Below are positions 9,061-18,639 of a stretch of DNA of 59,353 nucleotides, piece after piece. The translations under genes and the position numbers were made by a program. Numbering within the stretch: the first letter of the stretch is position 1; the number at the start of each line of letters is the position of its first letter. This stretch comes from Pseudomonadota bacterium (GTDB taxonomy: Bacteria > Myxococcota_A > UBA9042). The stretch lies in the NCBI GenBank assembly GCA_005777155.1, contig SXNM01000318.1:1-59353 (forward strand), read 5' to 3'. The notes beneath the pieces are model-generated. The model searched no databases. It was not told the origin of the DNA and worked only from the letters and a program-made list of their open reading frames with translations.

Positions 9061-9774
9061 GCCCGGCGCCAAAGGTCGCGCGGCGGGGCTGCCGATCTTG
9101 GCTGGCGGCGCTTGATTTCGCCGGCCCACAGCCCGCGGTGGCAGGTGCCGAGATCGAGGCGCCGCGCAAGCGAGCGCGACCGCTCGTGGATCGCGTTGGC
9201 TAGCGCCCTCCTCTGCGGCATGAGGCCAGAGCAGCGCAGCCCGCTGCGCAGCGAGCGGTTCGCGCCGCTGTACACGCGGTCCTGAGCGCAGACCTTGCAG
9301 AGAAGGCTGGCGAGCAGATCCCCAAGGGTTCGGGGTCGCCGCGCTCGCACATCGCTTCCGCGCGCAAGGGGACGCGTTCTTCGCGACGCGCCGCAGCCCA
9401 CGCGATAGTGGCAGAGGCGCCGCCGGCATCATTGTCGCGCACCGCACGCTTGACGCCGCAGACCGACGCGCCCATCCCGCCGCTCGCCGCCGAGATGGGC
9501 GCTGAGGCCCTCGCCATGACGTGCCGTATCCACACCAGGACGCCACCGACGTGGTGTGGCTGGCCGTTCGTCGCCGCGGCGCAATCGATTTCAACCAATG
9601 GTGACCAGACCTTGTCCGGCACCTGCCCGATCTAGTCGGTGCCAACCAGAAGCACCGTCTCCATCGCCGAGCTTCGCGCCGCACCACCATTGCGGCGGCC
9701 GCGGCGACGCTGCACCATCCGGCGGCGCAGTCGCCTGCTCAAGGGCGCAGCGGAGGCAGAAAGTGGCCAATCCC

Positions 9775-11148
9775 ATGAACGCCGAGGCACCCAAGACCAC
9801 GCTCGGCGAGGACCTCCGGTCCCTGCTGCAGTGCCCGCGGGAGTTGTGGCTCATCTATGCAGCCACATTCCTCGAATACCTAGGTATTTTCTCGTTCCTC
9901 CAGACCCTCCCGCTCTGGCTCTCCTCCGACTTCGGGATGACGGACAAGGAAGCCGGCTGGTGGTCAGCGACCTTCTCAACCCTGGTCAGCCTCTTCGTCT
10001 TTCTCGTCGGGAGCATCGCTGATGCCGTCGGCGTCCGGCGGATGCTGATCGTCGCCTTCGCGCTCGCCGCCGTCACGCGCCTAGCGATGGCCCTGGCCCC
10101 CAGCACTGAGCTCGCCATCACCTCGCTGCTCGCCTTCGGCCTCGCCTACGCGACCTGCTCGCCGGTGCTGCAAGCGTCGGTGCAGCGCGCCTCGACAGCC
10201 GGCACCCGTGCCTTTGCCTTCTCGCTTTGGTACGTCAGCTTCAACATCGCCGGCGCCGTCATCGGTCCGCTCATCGACCTCTGCCGCCAAGCCTTCCTGG
10301 TCGCCGATCCCGCCAATCCGGGCAAACAGATCTTGGCCCGCAAGGCGATGAACTTGCCGCTCCTCGGCGAGCAGATGGTGTCGGCGCACTCGGTGATCAT
10401 GGCCTTCGGCTTCATCACCGCCGCCCTCGCAGCGCTCGTCATCCTCTTCGTGCGAAAGGACTTCGAGCATCGCAATACCGACAACGCCGCAACAGCCAAA
10501 AAAGTACATCCTCTCACAGCACTGCGAGAGGTCTTCTCCGACAATTTTTTCTGGCGATTCATGTTACTGCTGGTGCTCGTGTCGCTGGTCCGGATGATGT
10601 TCCAACACATGCACTTCACGTGGCCCAAGTACGTCACCCGCATGGAAGGTGAGGACTTCCCTGTCGGCACCGTGTGGTCGATCAACTCGGCGCTGATCAT
10701 CTTCATGGCGCCGCTCGGCACCGCGCTGACGCGGCATCGCAAGCCTTTGCAAGTGCTGCTGTTTGGCGCCTCCATCTCCGCGCTGAGCCCCTTCGTGCTG
10801 TGCTTCGGCTCCTCGATGCCTTATCAGCTCGGCATGATCTTGGTGCTCACCGTCGGCGAGGCGCTCTGGTCACCGCGTCTCTACGAGTACAACGTGAGCA
10901 TCGCGCCACGTGGCCGTGAAGCGACCTACGTCAGCTTGGCGGCCTTGCCTTACTTCTTGGCCAAGTTCTTGGTCGGCCCGACCTCGGGCTACCTGCTCGC
11001 CTCCTTCGTCCCAGAGGGCGCTGGGGAGCGCAACCCAGCCGCGCTGTGGGCGCTGATCGGTCTCGGCACGATTATTGGCCCCATCGGCATCTTCCTGCTC
11101 CGCGGCTGGTTCGTACGCAAAGAAGAGCCAGCTGCGTCGGCGGCATGA
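9775..11148 (+). CDS. MFS transporter
   Basis: ORF 9556..11148 trimmed to ATG 9775 (MNAEAPKTTLGEDL...). 457 aa with about 12 hydrophobic segments in an MFS-like arrangement. Confidence 0.8.
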   Translation: MNAEAPKTTLGEDLRSLLQCPRELWLIYAATFLEYLGIFSFLQTLPLWLSSDFGMTDKEAGWWSATFSTLVSLFVFLVGSIADAVGVRRMLIVAFALAAVTRLAMALAPSTELAITSLLAFGLAYATCSPVLQASVQRASTAGTRAFAFSLWYVSFNIAGAVIGPLIDLCRQAFLVADPANPGKQILARKAMNLPLLGEQMVSAHSVIMAFGFITAALAALVILFVRKDFEHRNTDNAATAKKVHPLTALREVFSDNFFWRFMLLLVLVSLVRMMFQHMHFTWPKYVTRMEGEDFPVGTVWSINSALIIFMAPLGTALTRHRKPLQVLLFGASISALSPFVLCFGSSMPYQLGMILVLTVGEALWSPRLYEYNVSIAPRGREATYVSLAALPYFLAKFLVGPTSGYLLASFVPEGAGERNPAALWALIGLGTIIGPIGIFLLRGWFVRKEEPAASAA

Positions 11149-11369
11149 CGGAGCCCGCGCCCTGGCCTCTGCGCTGCGCCCTGCCGCTGGGATGTCCGCC
11201 CGAGTCACGCTCTGGCGCCGCGCTGTCGGTGGTGCGTCCCGGCAGCGGCGCTGGGTGGCGGCTGGCCCGCCATCAGGTGCGGCGGGCGGGTCTCGCGGCT
11301 GATCTGCGACAGACCGAGCGGCCTCGCCCGGCGGCGCCATCGCTGCGCCAGCAGGCTAGCCGTCGGCTT

Positions 11370-13640
11370 ATGGCTGCGCTCGCGATCTGCCAGGCGCTTT
11401 CGGCGACGACGGCGGCGGCGCTGCCGCCCGATGACGTTCATGCGCCCCTCGCCGCCGCCAGCCAGTGGAGTGGGCCGCCGCCAACCATCGACGGTCGCCT
11501 CGACGAGGCAGCATGGCAGGGCGCGGTGGCGTCAAGCCGTTTCGTCGAGCGCAAGCCCAAGCTCGGCGCCGCGCCGCCCGTCCACACCGAGTTTCGACTG
11601 CTCTTCGACGCAGGTGCGCTCTACATCGGCGTATTTTGTGCCGAGCCAGATCCTCAGGCGGTGACGGCCCGCACGACGACCCGCGACGCCTTCGCGATCT
11701 TCTCTGACGACGCGATCAGCATCAAGATCGACGCTTTGCACGATGAGCGCACCACCGTCGGGCTCGTCCTCAACCCCGCGGGCGCCCGCCTGGATTACCG
11801 CGGCGTCAATGAGTCCCAGATGTTGCGCGAGTGGGACGGTGTCTGGCTGGGCGCCGCTGCCCGTGTCGCTGGCGGCTGGAGCGCCGAATTCCGCGTCTCA
11901 TGGACTGTGCTCGGCATCGATCCGCAGCGGCCACCAGCGCGCCTCGGCCTCAACCTCAGCCGCGACCACGCGCGTCGCAACGCCACCTACGACTGGTCGT
12001 TGATGCCGCCGCCCTTCTCGCCGATCGCCGCCAGCCGCTACGGCCACATGACGGGCCTCGCGCCGCTGCCTGGGCTCGCCGTCGCCACCACCGCCACCGC
12101 CCACGAGAGCGACGCCAGCGGCGCCTCGGCCTCCGATCGAAAAGCCGAAACAGACCATGGATTTCTGGCGGTGCCATGGGCGCTTGGCGCTCTCAGCCGA
12201 CCTGCCGGGGACGCGTTGACACACCGCCTCGACGCCGGCGCCGATCTCCTCCTCCGCCGCGGCGGCCTGCGCGCTCAGGTCACCCTCAACACTGACTTCG
12301 CCCAGGCCGACGTCGACGACGCGGTAGTCAACCTCGACCGCTTCTCGCTGCAGATGCCTGAGAAGCGAGATTTCTTCATGCGCGACGTCGAGCGCTTCAC
12401 CTTTGGCCGCCAGGGCGCGGCGCAGGCCCTTTACAGTCGCAAGATCGGGCTGGATCGCGGCCAGCGGGTGCCGATCGCCGGCGGCGTCAAGGTCGTCGGC
12501 GAGGTCGGCGATGCCCTGCAGCTGTCGGCGCTCAATGTCCTCACCCGTCCGCAGGGCGCCCTGCCGTGGACCAATCACAGCGCCCTGCGCGGCCAGTACC
12601 AGCTCACGGGCGGCAGCTACCTCGGCGCGGTCTTCACCCAAAGGCAGTCGTTGGCACGCTCGGATGACGCCAACACCGTCGTCGGCGTCGACGGCGCGCT
12701 GCGCGGCGGCCGGCAGCCGCTGCTGATTGAGGCCTTCGCCATGCTGTCGCGGACCGGTGGCGCGGCCAGCCAGGGAGTGCAGGACGTCGGCGCCAAGAGC
12801 GGCAGCCAAGCCGGAACGGGCGGCGAAGACAGCCAATTCGGCCAGGGTGCCGGCGTCTCGATGACCTGGCGCGGCCTGCTGGTGCGACCTGCGCTGGCGT
12901 GGCTCTGGAGCGACGCTGACCTCCGCACGGACCTCGGCTTCCTGCGGCGCGTCGGCGTCCACGAGGCAGACGCCAAGCTCGTCGTCGAGCCTCGCATCGG
13001 TCGCTTCGGGCTCGAGCGGCTTCGCCTCGACGCCAACGCCGGCGCGGCGCTGCGGCCGGGCCACGCCGATGGCGCCTTGCTCGACGCTGACGCCAGCGTT
13101 GGCTTCGACCTCGTGTGGAACGAAGGTTGGCTCGTCGGGGCCCAAGCGCAACAGCTCCATGAGTCGGTCCAGAGCGCCTTCGACCTCGCCGGCGAGCCCA
13201 TCGAGGTCGGCCGGTACACGATGCAGCGATGGCTGGTTGGTTTGGAGAGTCCTTCGGTTCGCTCGCTCTCGGGCTGGCTCGACGTCGAGGGCCGCGACCT
13301 CTATGGCGGCTCGGCGCTGGCGGTGCGGGGCGGGTTCGCCGTGCGCCCTGGGACCTGGCTGCGACTCGAGGGCGGCGGCAGCGCCCAGCAGCTGCGCTTC
13401 GGCGCCGACGAGCGCCTAGTCATCGTCGCCAACGGCCGGGCCGCCATCGGCCTGTCTCCGGACCTCAATCTCGACCTCTACGCCGGTTGGGATCGCCTGG
13501 CCGGGCGGGTACCGGTCATGGCTCGCCTGCGCTGGACCTGGCGCCGCGGCAGCGACCTCTTCCTGGTCTACAATGGCACCGCCCAAGGCGGCCGACTCGG
13601 CCACTCTGCCATCTGCAAGCTCACCTTCGCTTGGCCCTAG
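11370..13640 (+). CDS. CBM9-like / DUF5916 family outer-membrane-type protein
   Basis: The signal-like MAALAICQALSATTAAA is followed by PPTIDGRLDEAAWQGA...FRLLFDAGALYIGVFCAEPDP...TTTRD...DDAISIKIDALHDERT, the CBM9-like N-domain typical of DUF5916 proteins. A long beta-rich C-terminal part follows. The start is uncertain (ORF opens at 11046). Confidence 0.7.
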   Translation: MAALAICQALSATTAAALPPDDVHAPLAAASQWSGPPPTIDGRLDEAAWQGAVASSRFVERKPKLGAAPPVHTEFRLLFDAGALYIGVFCAEPDPQAVTARTTTRDAFAIFSDDAISIKIDALHDERTTVGLVLNPAGARLDYRGVNESQMLREWDGVWLGAAARVAGGWSAEFRVSWTVLGIDPQRPPARLGLNLSRDHARRNATYDWSLMPPPFSPIAASRYGHMTGLAPLPGLAVATTATAHESDASGASASDRKAETDHGFLAVPWALGALSRPAGDALTHRLDAGADLLLRRGGLRAQVTLNTDFAQADVDDAVVNLDRFSLQMPEKRDFFMRDVERFTFGRQGAAQALYSRKIGLDRGQRVPIAGGVKVVGEVGDALQLSALNVLTRPQGALPWTNHSALRGQYQLTGGSYLGAVFTQRQSLARSDDANTVVGVDGALRGGRQPLLIEAFAMLSRTGGAASQGVQDVGAKSGSQAGTGGEDSQFGQGAGVSMTWRGLLVRPALAWLWSDADLRTDLGFLRRVGVHEADAKLVVEPRIGRFGLERLRLDANAGAALRPGHADGALLDADASVGFDLVWNEGWLVGAQAQQLHESVQSAFDLAGEPIEVGRYTMQRWLVGLESPSVRSLSGWLDVEGRDLYGGSALAVRGGFAVRPGTWLRLEGGGSAQQLRFGADERLVIVANGRAAIGLSPDLNLDLYAGWDRLAGRVPVMARLRWTWRRGSDLFLVYNGTAQGGRLGHSAICKLTFAWP

Positions 13641-13801
13641 AGCACCGTTCAGCAAGCTGCCAGCCTTCGACGTAGCCACCGGGATCGACGAGAGGATCGC
13701 GCTACGATCTGCCCTGGCAGATGAACACACCACTCTGATGCCTGACGACTTGCTCCCCGCCCTTCGCCCTGAGCAACGCCGAAGCTCCCTTTGGCGAGCG
13801 C

Positions 13802-14380
13802 ATGGAACGACAGGGTCGGCTCCACGCCTTCCTTCGGCGCCAGGGGCTCGAGCTGCTTGACGAGCCGTTCTAGTGGGAATTGCTGGCGATATGCCCCCAC
13901 AACGAGGTCGGCGCATCGCCTGTGCCCCTGGCGATGCTGTCCATGGTGACGCCGCTTCAGGCGGTTGAGCGGCGTTCGGACGCCAGCGCCGTCGAGTAGA
14001 CGGTGTTCGACCGCCGCTGTCAGATAGTTCCGGACTGTTTCTCCGTCTCTAATGGCTTGTTTGTACGTGGATTTTTCGTCGCGTTTCGTCGGCGGCTTGT
14101 CGAGCAAGGTCTGGACAAGCGCCTCCTTGAGCGCACAGTCGAGCTCTCTTAGCAGCTGGGCGGCTTCGGCTACAAGTCGCTGCGTATCATGCCGGACTCG
14201 GTGTCAAGCGCCACACGATCAGGTCCACCCCGCGCCACAACTAGGGGCCAGCTGCGCACGCGCAATTCGGCGCCGCTGTGGGGCGCTATAGCGACGGCAC
14301 GCCCTGCCTGCGAGCCGGAAGCCGATGCGACGATAGAATTGCGCGGTTGTGGAGAACCTGCATTTGATCGATAGGATGGC
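13802..14380 (+). pseudogene. IS5/IS1182-type transposase remnant (N-terminal DUF772-like part, in-frame stops and frameshifts)
   Basis: Manual translation gives MERQGRLHAFLRRQGLELLDEPF*WELLAICPHNEVGASPVPLAMLSMVTPLQAVERRSDASAVE*TVFDRR...FRRRLVEQGLDKRLLERTVELS*QLGGFGYKSLRI. This resembles the InsH-type N-terminal domain but is broken by stops. It is paralogous to 21.04-21.62 kb. Confidence 0.6.
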
Positions 14381-14391
14381 CATGTTCTCTA

Positions 14392-14776
14392 TTAGGCTTG
14401 AAGCTTTGGCCCGGCCCGTAGCAGTTCGTCCATCATCTTGAGCACCTGCCCGTCCTTGACCATCGCCAACGCGGCGCTCCCCGCCGGAAGGCGGAGTTCG
14501 CGCGCATGTGCCTCCAGTGATCGACGAAAACGACCTTACGCGATGGGGAGTTTGGGTCGTCGACAGCGGGGTACCGTGCGGGCATAGAAATCGCCGCCCC
14601 CACGGGGGTAGACAGGTTGTCCTCAAGGGTGTGCAGGTGCTGGCCATAGCCGTCGCCCTCAGCCGACACAGAGTCGAGCGCGCCGACTCTCCGCGCCACA
14701 GCGCCCTGATCAGCGAAAGGCGGCGCACTGGCCGCTCGCATGCCCCGCGCGCTTCGTGGACACCCGGAGATCTCAT
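14392..14776 (-). pseudogene. Unidentified gene remnant (frameshifted)
   Basis: Two minus-strand frames have coding-like GC3. One reads ...SVSAEGDGYGQHLHTLEDNLSTPVGAAISMPARYPAVDDPNSPSRKVVFVDH. The other continues as SLEAHARELRLPAGSAALAMVKDGQVLKMMDELLRAGPKLQA* (TAA at 14392-14394). No family recognised. Confidence 0.3.
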
Positions 14777-14889
14777 GCCCCCACTTCTCCGCCGCGCCGC
14801 TCCGTGCCCAAGAGTCCCAGCGCTCCTTGCGTCAATTCAGCAGCGATGGCGATGTCCGTCTCAACTAGGCAATCCCATCGGCAAACAGC

Positions 14890-15697
14890 GATCGCGCCGC
14901 CGACGCGTGTCTGGCCGCCCGCGGCCTGCAGCGCGTTATCATCGACCCCACGCTGCAAGGCGTCGAGACCGTCCACGCCGCCGCCGAGCGCGGCGCCTGC
15001 GTGCGCCGCATCGCCCACACCTCTTCGCTCGTCGCGGTCGTGCGCTACGCCGACGCCCCGCCGCGGCTGCCTCGGTGACGTGCGCGATTGGAATACCGAG
15101 AGCACCCTGTTGACCGATCCCTGCGGCCTCGCCAAGACCCTCGCTGACCGCCGCGCCGGGGTGCCCGCCGTGGTCCAGGCGCGCAAAGGTGGCTTCGACG
15201 TCATCGTCATCAACCCCAGCTACGTCGTCTGCACCCCTACGCCAGGGCGCACATGCGCAGCAGCTCCGCCAGCATCGCTAGCCTCATGACTCGCCCCTTT
15301 TCCAGGCGTCCCGCGGCTCGGCTTCACCTACGTCGATGACTGGGACGTCGCCGAAGCTTACAGCCAGGCGTCGCTGCGCCAGGCAGCGCCGGGACGCTAC
15401 ATCGTCGCTGGCCCCGAGGCGATGATGCGCCAGCCCGTGGACCGCCTGAAGGCTTTGTATCCAAATGGAAAAAGGTCTTCGCTGCCGATCCCCGGTGCGC
15501 TGTTCATGTTCGCGGCGCGCTTCGACAAGCGCACGTCGGCTACGACGATGCACAGGCTGATGAACATCGAACTTCACTTCGAACACAGCAAGGCCACGCG
15601 CCAGCTCGGCATCGAATGGCAGCCGCTCGACGCCTCATGGCGGCGCACGGTCGACTCGCCTGCGGCCGGCGGCTGGGGGCGGATGCGTCAGGCCTAA
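14890..15697 (+). pseudogene. Decayed partial duplicate of the SDR gene at 7978..9060 (3' two-thirds)
   Basis: RDWNTESTLLTDPCGLAKTLADRR...GGFDVIVINPSYVV matches RDWNTESTLQTDPYGLAKTLAERR...GGYDVVVINPGYVL. VDRLKALYPNGKRSSLPIPGALFMFAARFDKRTSATTMHRLMNIELHFEHSKATRQLGIEWQPLD matches VDRLKALYPQAKWPSLPIPDALVLLASRFDKRMSVSTMRKLIANELHFDHGRATRDLGIAWQPLD. The matches are spread over several reading frames. Confidence 0.8.
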
Positions 15698-15706
15698 GCG
15701 TTCGAA

Positions 15707-17158
15707 TCAGCTGCGAAAGACGCGGAATTTTCCGGCGCGCAACTTGGCGATGTAGGTGTCGAGGTCGGCCCGCACCTCGCCCGAGAGCAGCAACAGACCG
15801 ATCACGTTCGGAAACGCCATGCCGAGCACCATCAAGTCAGAGAAGTCTAAGACATTGCTCATCGAGCTGACGGCGCCGATGTAGACGCACACGAGAAACA
15901 GCACCTTGTACGGCATGCTCGCGCGGGGACCGAAGAGGTAGGTGCTGCAGCGCTCGCCATAGTAGGACCACGAGATCATCGTCGAGTATGCGAAGAGAAA
16001 CACGCAGATCGCCAGGATGATTGGGAACCAAGGCAACACGGAGGCGAACGCCACCGCCGTCAGCGCCGCGCCCTCTTTGTTGGCGACCAAGGCCGCGTTC
16101 GCGGGGTCTTCGCAGACGCCGGTGAGCACCATCACGATGCCGGTCATCGAACAGACGATCACCGTGTCGATGAAGGGCTCGATCAGGGCTACGACGCCCT
16201 CGCGCACTGGCTCTGCGGTGCGCGCCGCCGCGTGGGCGATGCTGGCTGAGCCGACGCCGGCCTCATTCGAGAAGGCCGCGCGCTTGACGCCCTGAATCAA
16301 CACGCCAATCGCACCACCGGCCACCGAAACCGGCGCGAACGCCTCGCCGACGATGCGTTGGATCGCCGTGGGGACCTCGCCGAGGTGCGTCACGACCACG
16401 TACAACGCCGCCGCCCCGTAGAGCCCAACCATGAACGGCACGATCTTGTCTGCGACCTTGGCGATGCTGCGGATGCCCCCCAAGATGACGACGCCGACCG
16501 CCGCCGCCATGAGCAGCCCATAGACCGAGCGGCTGAGCTCAAAGGGCAGCACCGCGGCGACTGCGCCATAGCTCTGGCCGACTTGAAACATGTTGCCGCC
16601 GCCGAAGCTGCCGCCGATGCACAGCACCGCGAAGAGGACGGCCAGGAAACGGCCAAAGCCGCCCATCCCGCGCTTCTGTAGCCCATGGTGAAGGTACTGC
16701 ATCGGCCCGCCGTTGACCGCGCCTTGCGCGTCGATCACGCGGTACTTGAGACCGAGCGTACACTCGACGAACTTGCTGGTCATGCCGAATAACGCGGCGA
16801 TATTCATCCAAAACACGGCGCCTGGACCGCCGATGGCGACGGCCACCGCGACGCCCGCGATGTTGCCGAGGCCGACGGTCGCCGAGAGCGCCGCCGAGAG
16901 CGCCTGAAAGTGCGTGACCTCGCCAGGCTCGTCGGGGTTGTCGTAGCGCCCACGCACCACGTCGATCGCGTGACGAAACAGCCGCACGTTGACGAAGGCC
17001 ATTCGCAGCGTGAAGTAGACCGCGCCGGCGCCCAACCAGAACACCACCAGCGGCATCCCAAGGCCAGGAATCTCCCAGAACATCACTGACGCCAACGCGG
17101 CGACAATGCCGCCGAAGGCCTCATTAATCTGGCCTTCGAGGCCGGTCGGCTGCGTCAT
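15707..17158 (-). CDS. Sodium:alanine (AGCS family) symporter
   Basis: 483 aa. FQALSAALSATVGLGNIAGVAVAVAIGGPGAVFWM is the AGCS signature. Polytopic membrane protein. Confidence 0.93.
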   Translation of the reverse strand: MTQPTGLEGQINEAFGGIVAALASVMFWEIPGLGMPLVVFWLGAGAVYFTLRMAFVNVRLFRHAIDVVRGRYDNPDEPGEVTHFQALSAALSATVGLGNIAGVAVAVAIGGPGAVFWMNIAALFGMTSKFVECTLGLKYRVIDAQGAVNGGPMQYLHHGLQKRGMGGFGRFLAVLFAVLCIGGSFGGGNMFQVGQSYGAVAAVLPFELSRSVYGLLMAAAVGVVILGGIRSIAKVADKIVPFMVGLYGAAALYVVVTHLGEVPTAIQRIVGEAFAPVSVAGGAIGVLIQGVKRAAFSNEAGVGSASIAHAAARTAEPVREGVVALIEPFIDTVIVCSMTGIVMVLTGVCEDPANAALVANKEGAALTAVAFASVLPWFPIILAICVFLFAYSTMISWSYYGERCSTYLFGPRASMPYKVLFLVCVYIGAVSSMSNVLDFSDLMVLGMAFPNVIGLLLLSGEVRADLDTYIAKLRAGKFRVFRS

Positions 17159-17958
17159 CTGCTCCCTCCCTGCTGCGCGGTCTCAACGTCCGCACTGGCA
17201 TGGCAGGCGTCGAGCTTGGCAGGGAACGCTCCAAGCGTCCAGCCAACACCCGCGCTGCGGTACAGCCACACCTGGCGCGCGGCGGCGACCACCTCTCTAT
17301 CGACGCCGACCGCTGCGAGGCGGTGCTGAACGGCGACTGGCGCCCGCGCCAAAGCGTGGACGTGGTGCTGCTCCGCATTGAGGCCGCCCGCGCCGTGACC
17401 CAGACCGGCCACGCCGCCTGACGCCTCGACGCAGCCTTGCCCGATCGCGGCGACGCGCTTCGCAACGACGCTGACGATCTGCGCCTAGCTCCCTGGCGCG
17501 CGGCGTCGGCTGGTGCCGGCTAGGCGTGGTCGCCGGGGCGTTGCCGGCGCGCGCAGAGGCCGGGATCTCTCAGGAGCTCGGCGCCGCTACGGTGGCCTGC
17601 GGCCTCGGGGGGTTGCGGCGGCGGCGGCGCGTTCGCGGAGCGCCGCGGCAGAGCCTGTTCGGTGGGCAGGCGCGCGAGCGAGGTCCACGACACCGAGACC
17701 AACAGGAAGCAGATGAGACAGACGAGCAGGTCGATGCTCGGCAGGAGCTGACGGTGGCGCTCGCGACCTTGGAGCCTTCAGCGGTGGTTACAGCGCCGAT
17801 GACGACCTCCGCGCTGGCACGGGGGAGGCCGGCTGTGCATTTGCGCCGCCGCGCGAGCACTTCGATCGATCCAGGGTTCGAGTGGGAGCGCCTTCGAGCG
17901 GTGCACTCGGGGCGCCGCGCGCCGCGCGCTGCCAGCCTCCGAGCGCAGGAGCGTCAGC

Positions 17959-18585
17959 TCAATGTGCCCCCGCCTCGATCCAGGCGCGCAACGTGGCGGC
18001 CTGCGCCGGCGTCACGCCCGCGCTCGATGGTGGCATCTTGTCACCACATCCCGAGACGGAGACCCCCGGCGCTACCTTGCGGTAGAGCAGGCTCTGCAGC
18101 GGCGCCCCTGGCACAATCCAGCGCGGCGTCGCGCAGCCGGGGGTTGCGGACTGGGCGGTGAGCAGCATCGCGCGCAAGGTGGCGAAGCCGGCTCCCCCAG
18201 GGGCGCCGTCGCCCGCCGCGAGGCTCGGGCCGTGGCAGTAGCCTCCGGCGCAGCCGTTGGCGCCGATGACCTCGTGCACGACCTGCTCGAACCCCGCCAA
18301 AGGGGCGAGAGCGTCGGCGTGAGCGCCGGCGGCGTCGTTGGCAGACGCCGACGCGCTGGTGTCTGCGGCGATGGCGGGATCGCTTGAATCGCTAGCCGTT
18401 TCTGGGGCGGTCCCATCGTTCGGCGCGGCGTCAGCGGCGCCGGCGTCGTCGCCAGCGCCCGAGGCGTCGTCGCCAGATCCGGCGACCTCACAGCCGGCGC
18501 CGGCGGCGACGAGCGCGAGATAGACGGCGGCCGCCATGGCGCGAAGTGAAGGCAGGGGGCTTGAGAAGCGAACGTTCGTAAACAT
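17959..18585 (-). CDS. Lipoprotein with Planctomycete-cytochrome-c-like (PSCyt1-type) C-terminal domain
   Basis: Lipobox LVAAGAGC, an Asp/Ala/Ser-rich linker, then GANGCAGGYCHG ... WIVPGAPLQSLLYRKV ... MPP...GVTPAQAATLRAWIEAGA. This resembles the PSCyt1 layout, but the heme motif is CX4CH instead of CXXCH. Confidence 0.6.
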   Translation of the reverse strand: MFTNVRFSSPLPSLRAMAAAVYLALVAAGAGCEVAGSGDDASGAGDDAGAADAAPNDGTAPETASDSSDPAIAADTSASASANDAAGAHADALAPLAGFEQVVHEVIGANGCAGGYCHGPSLAAGDGAPGGAGFATLRAMLLTAQSATPGCATPRWIVPGAPLQSLLYRKVAPGVSVSGCGDKMPPSSAGVTPAQAATLRAWIEAGAH

Positions 18586-18639
18586 GGGGCACCTCCTAGC
18601 GTCCCAGGATGGCGGCGCCGGCTCTGCAGGTGAATCGGG

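Noticed and set aside
8386-9690. 434-aa minus-strand ORF, plus similar long ORFs at 30326-31894 (+), 25926-27377 (-), 37888-39033 (-), 11898-13160 (-), 22927-24315 (-), 36027-37121 (-) and 5310-6299 (+)
   Set aside because: All are antisense or out of frame to genes with clear family signatures. Their products are Arg/Pro/Ala/Gly-rich with no motifs. This is the usual stop-codon-poor artefact of about 70% GC DNA.
13416-14107. Minus-strand ORFs 13416-13916 and 13649-14107 as real genes
   Set aside because: They are antisense to the transposase remnant and to the 3' end of the DUF5916 gene. Their similarity to the ORF at 21.1 kb (VEH.LLDGA.VRTPL.RLK) simply reflects the repeated IS DNA read on the wrong strand.
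17520-17760. ExbD/TolR-like transmembrane segment (QLLPSIDLLVCLICFLLVSVSWTSLARLPTEQ) on the minus strand
   Set aside because: It resembles the ExbD TM helix. However, an in-frame TGA lies just upstream, there is no usable start, and the sequence after the helix is Pro/Arg-rich with no periplasmic domain. It is at best a gene fragment inside the decayed islet and is not annotated as a feature.
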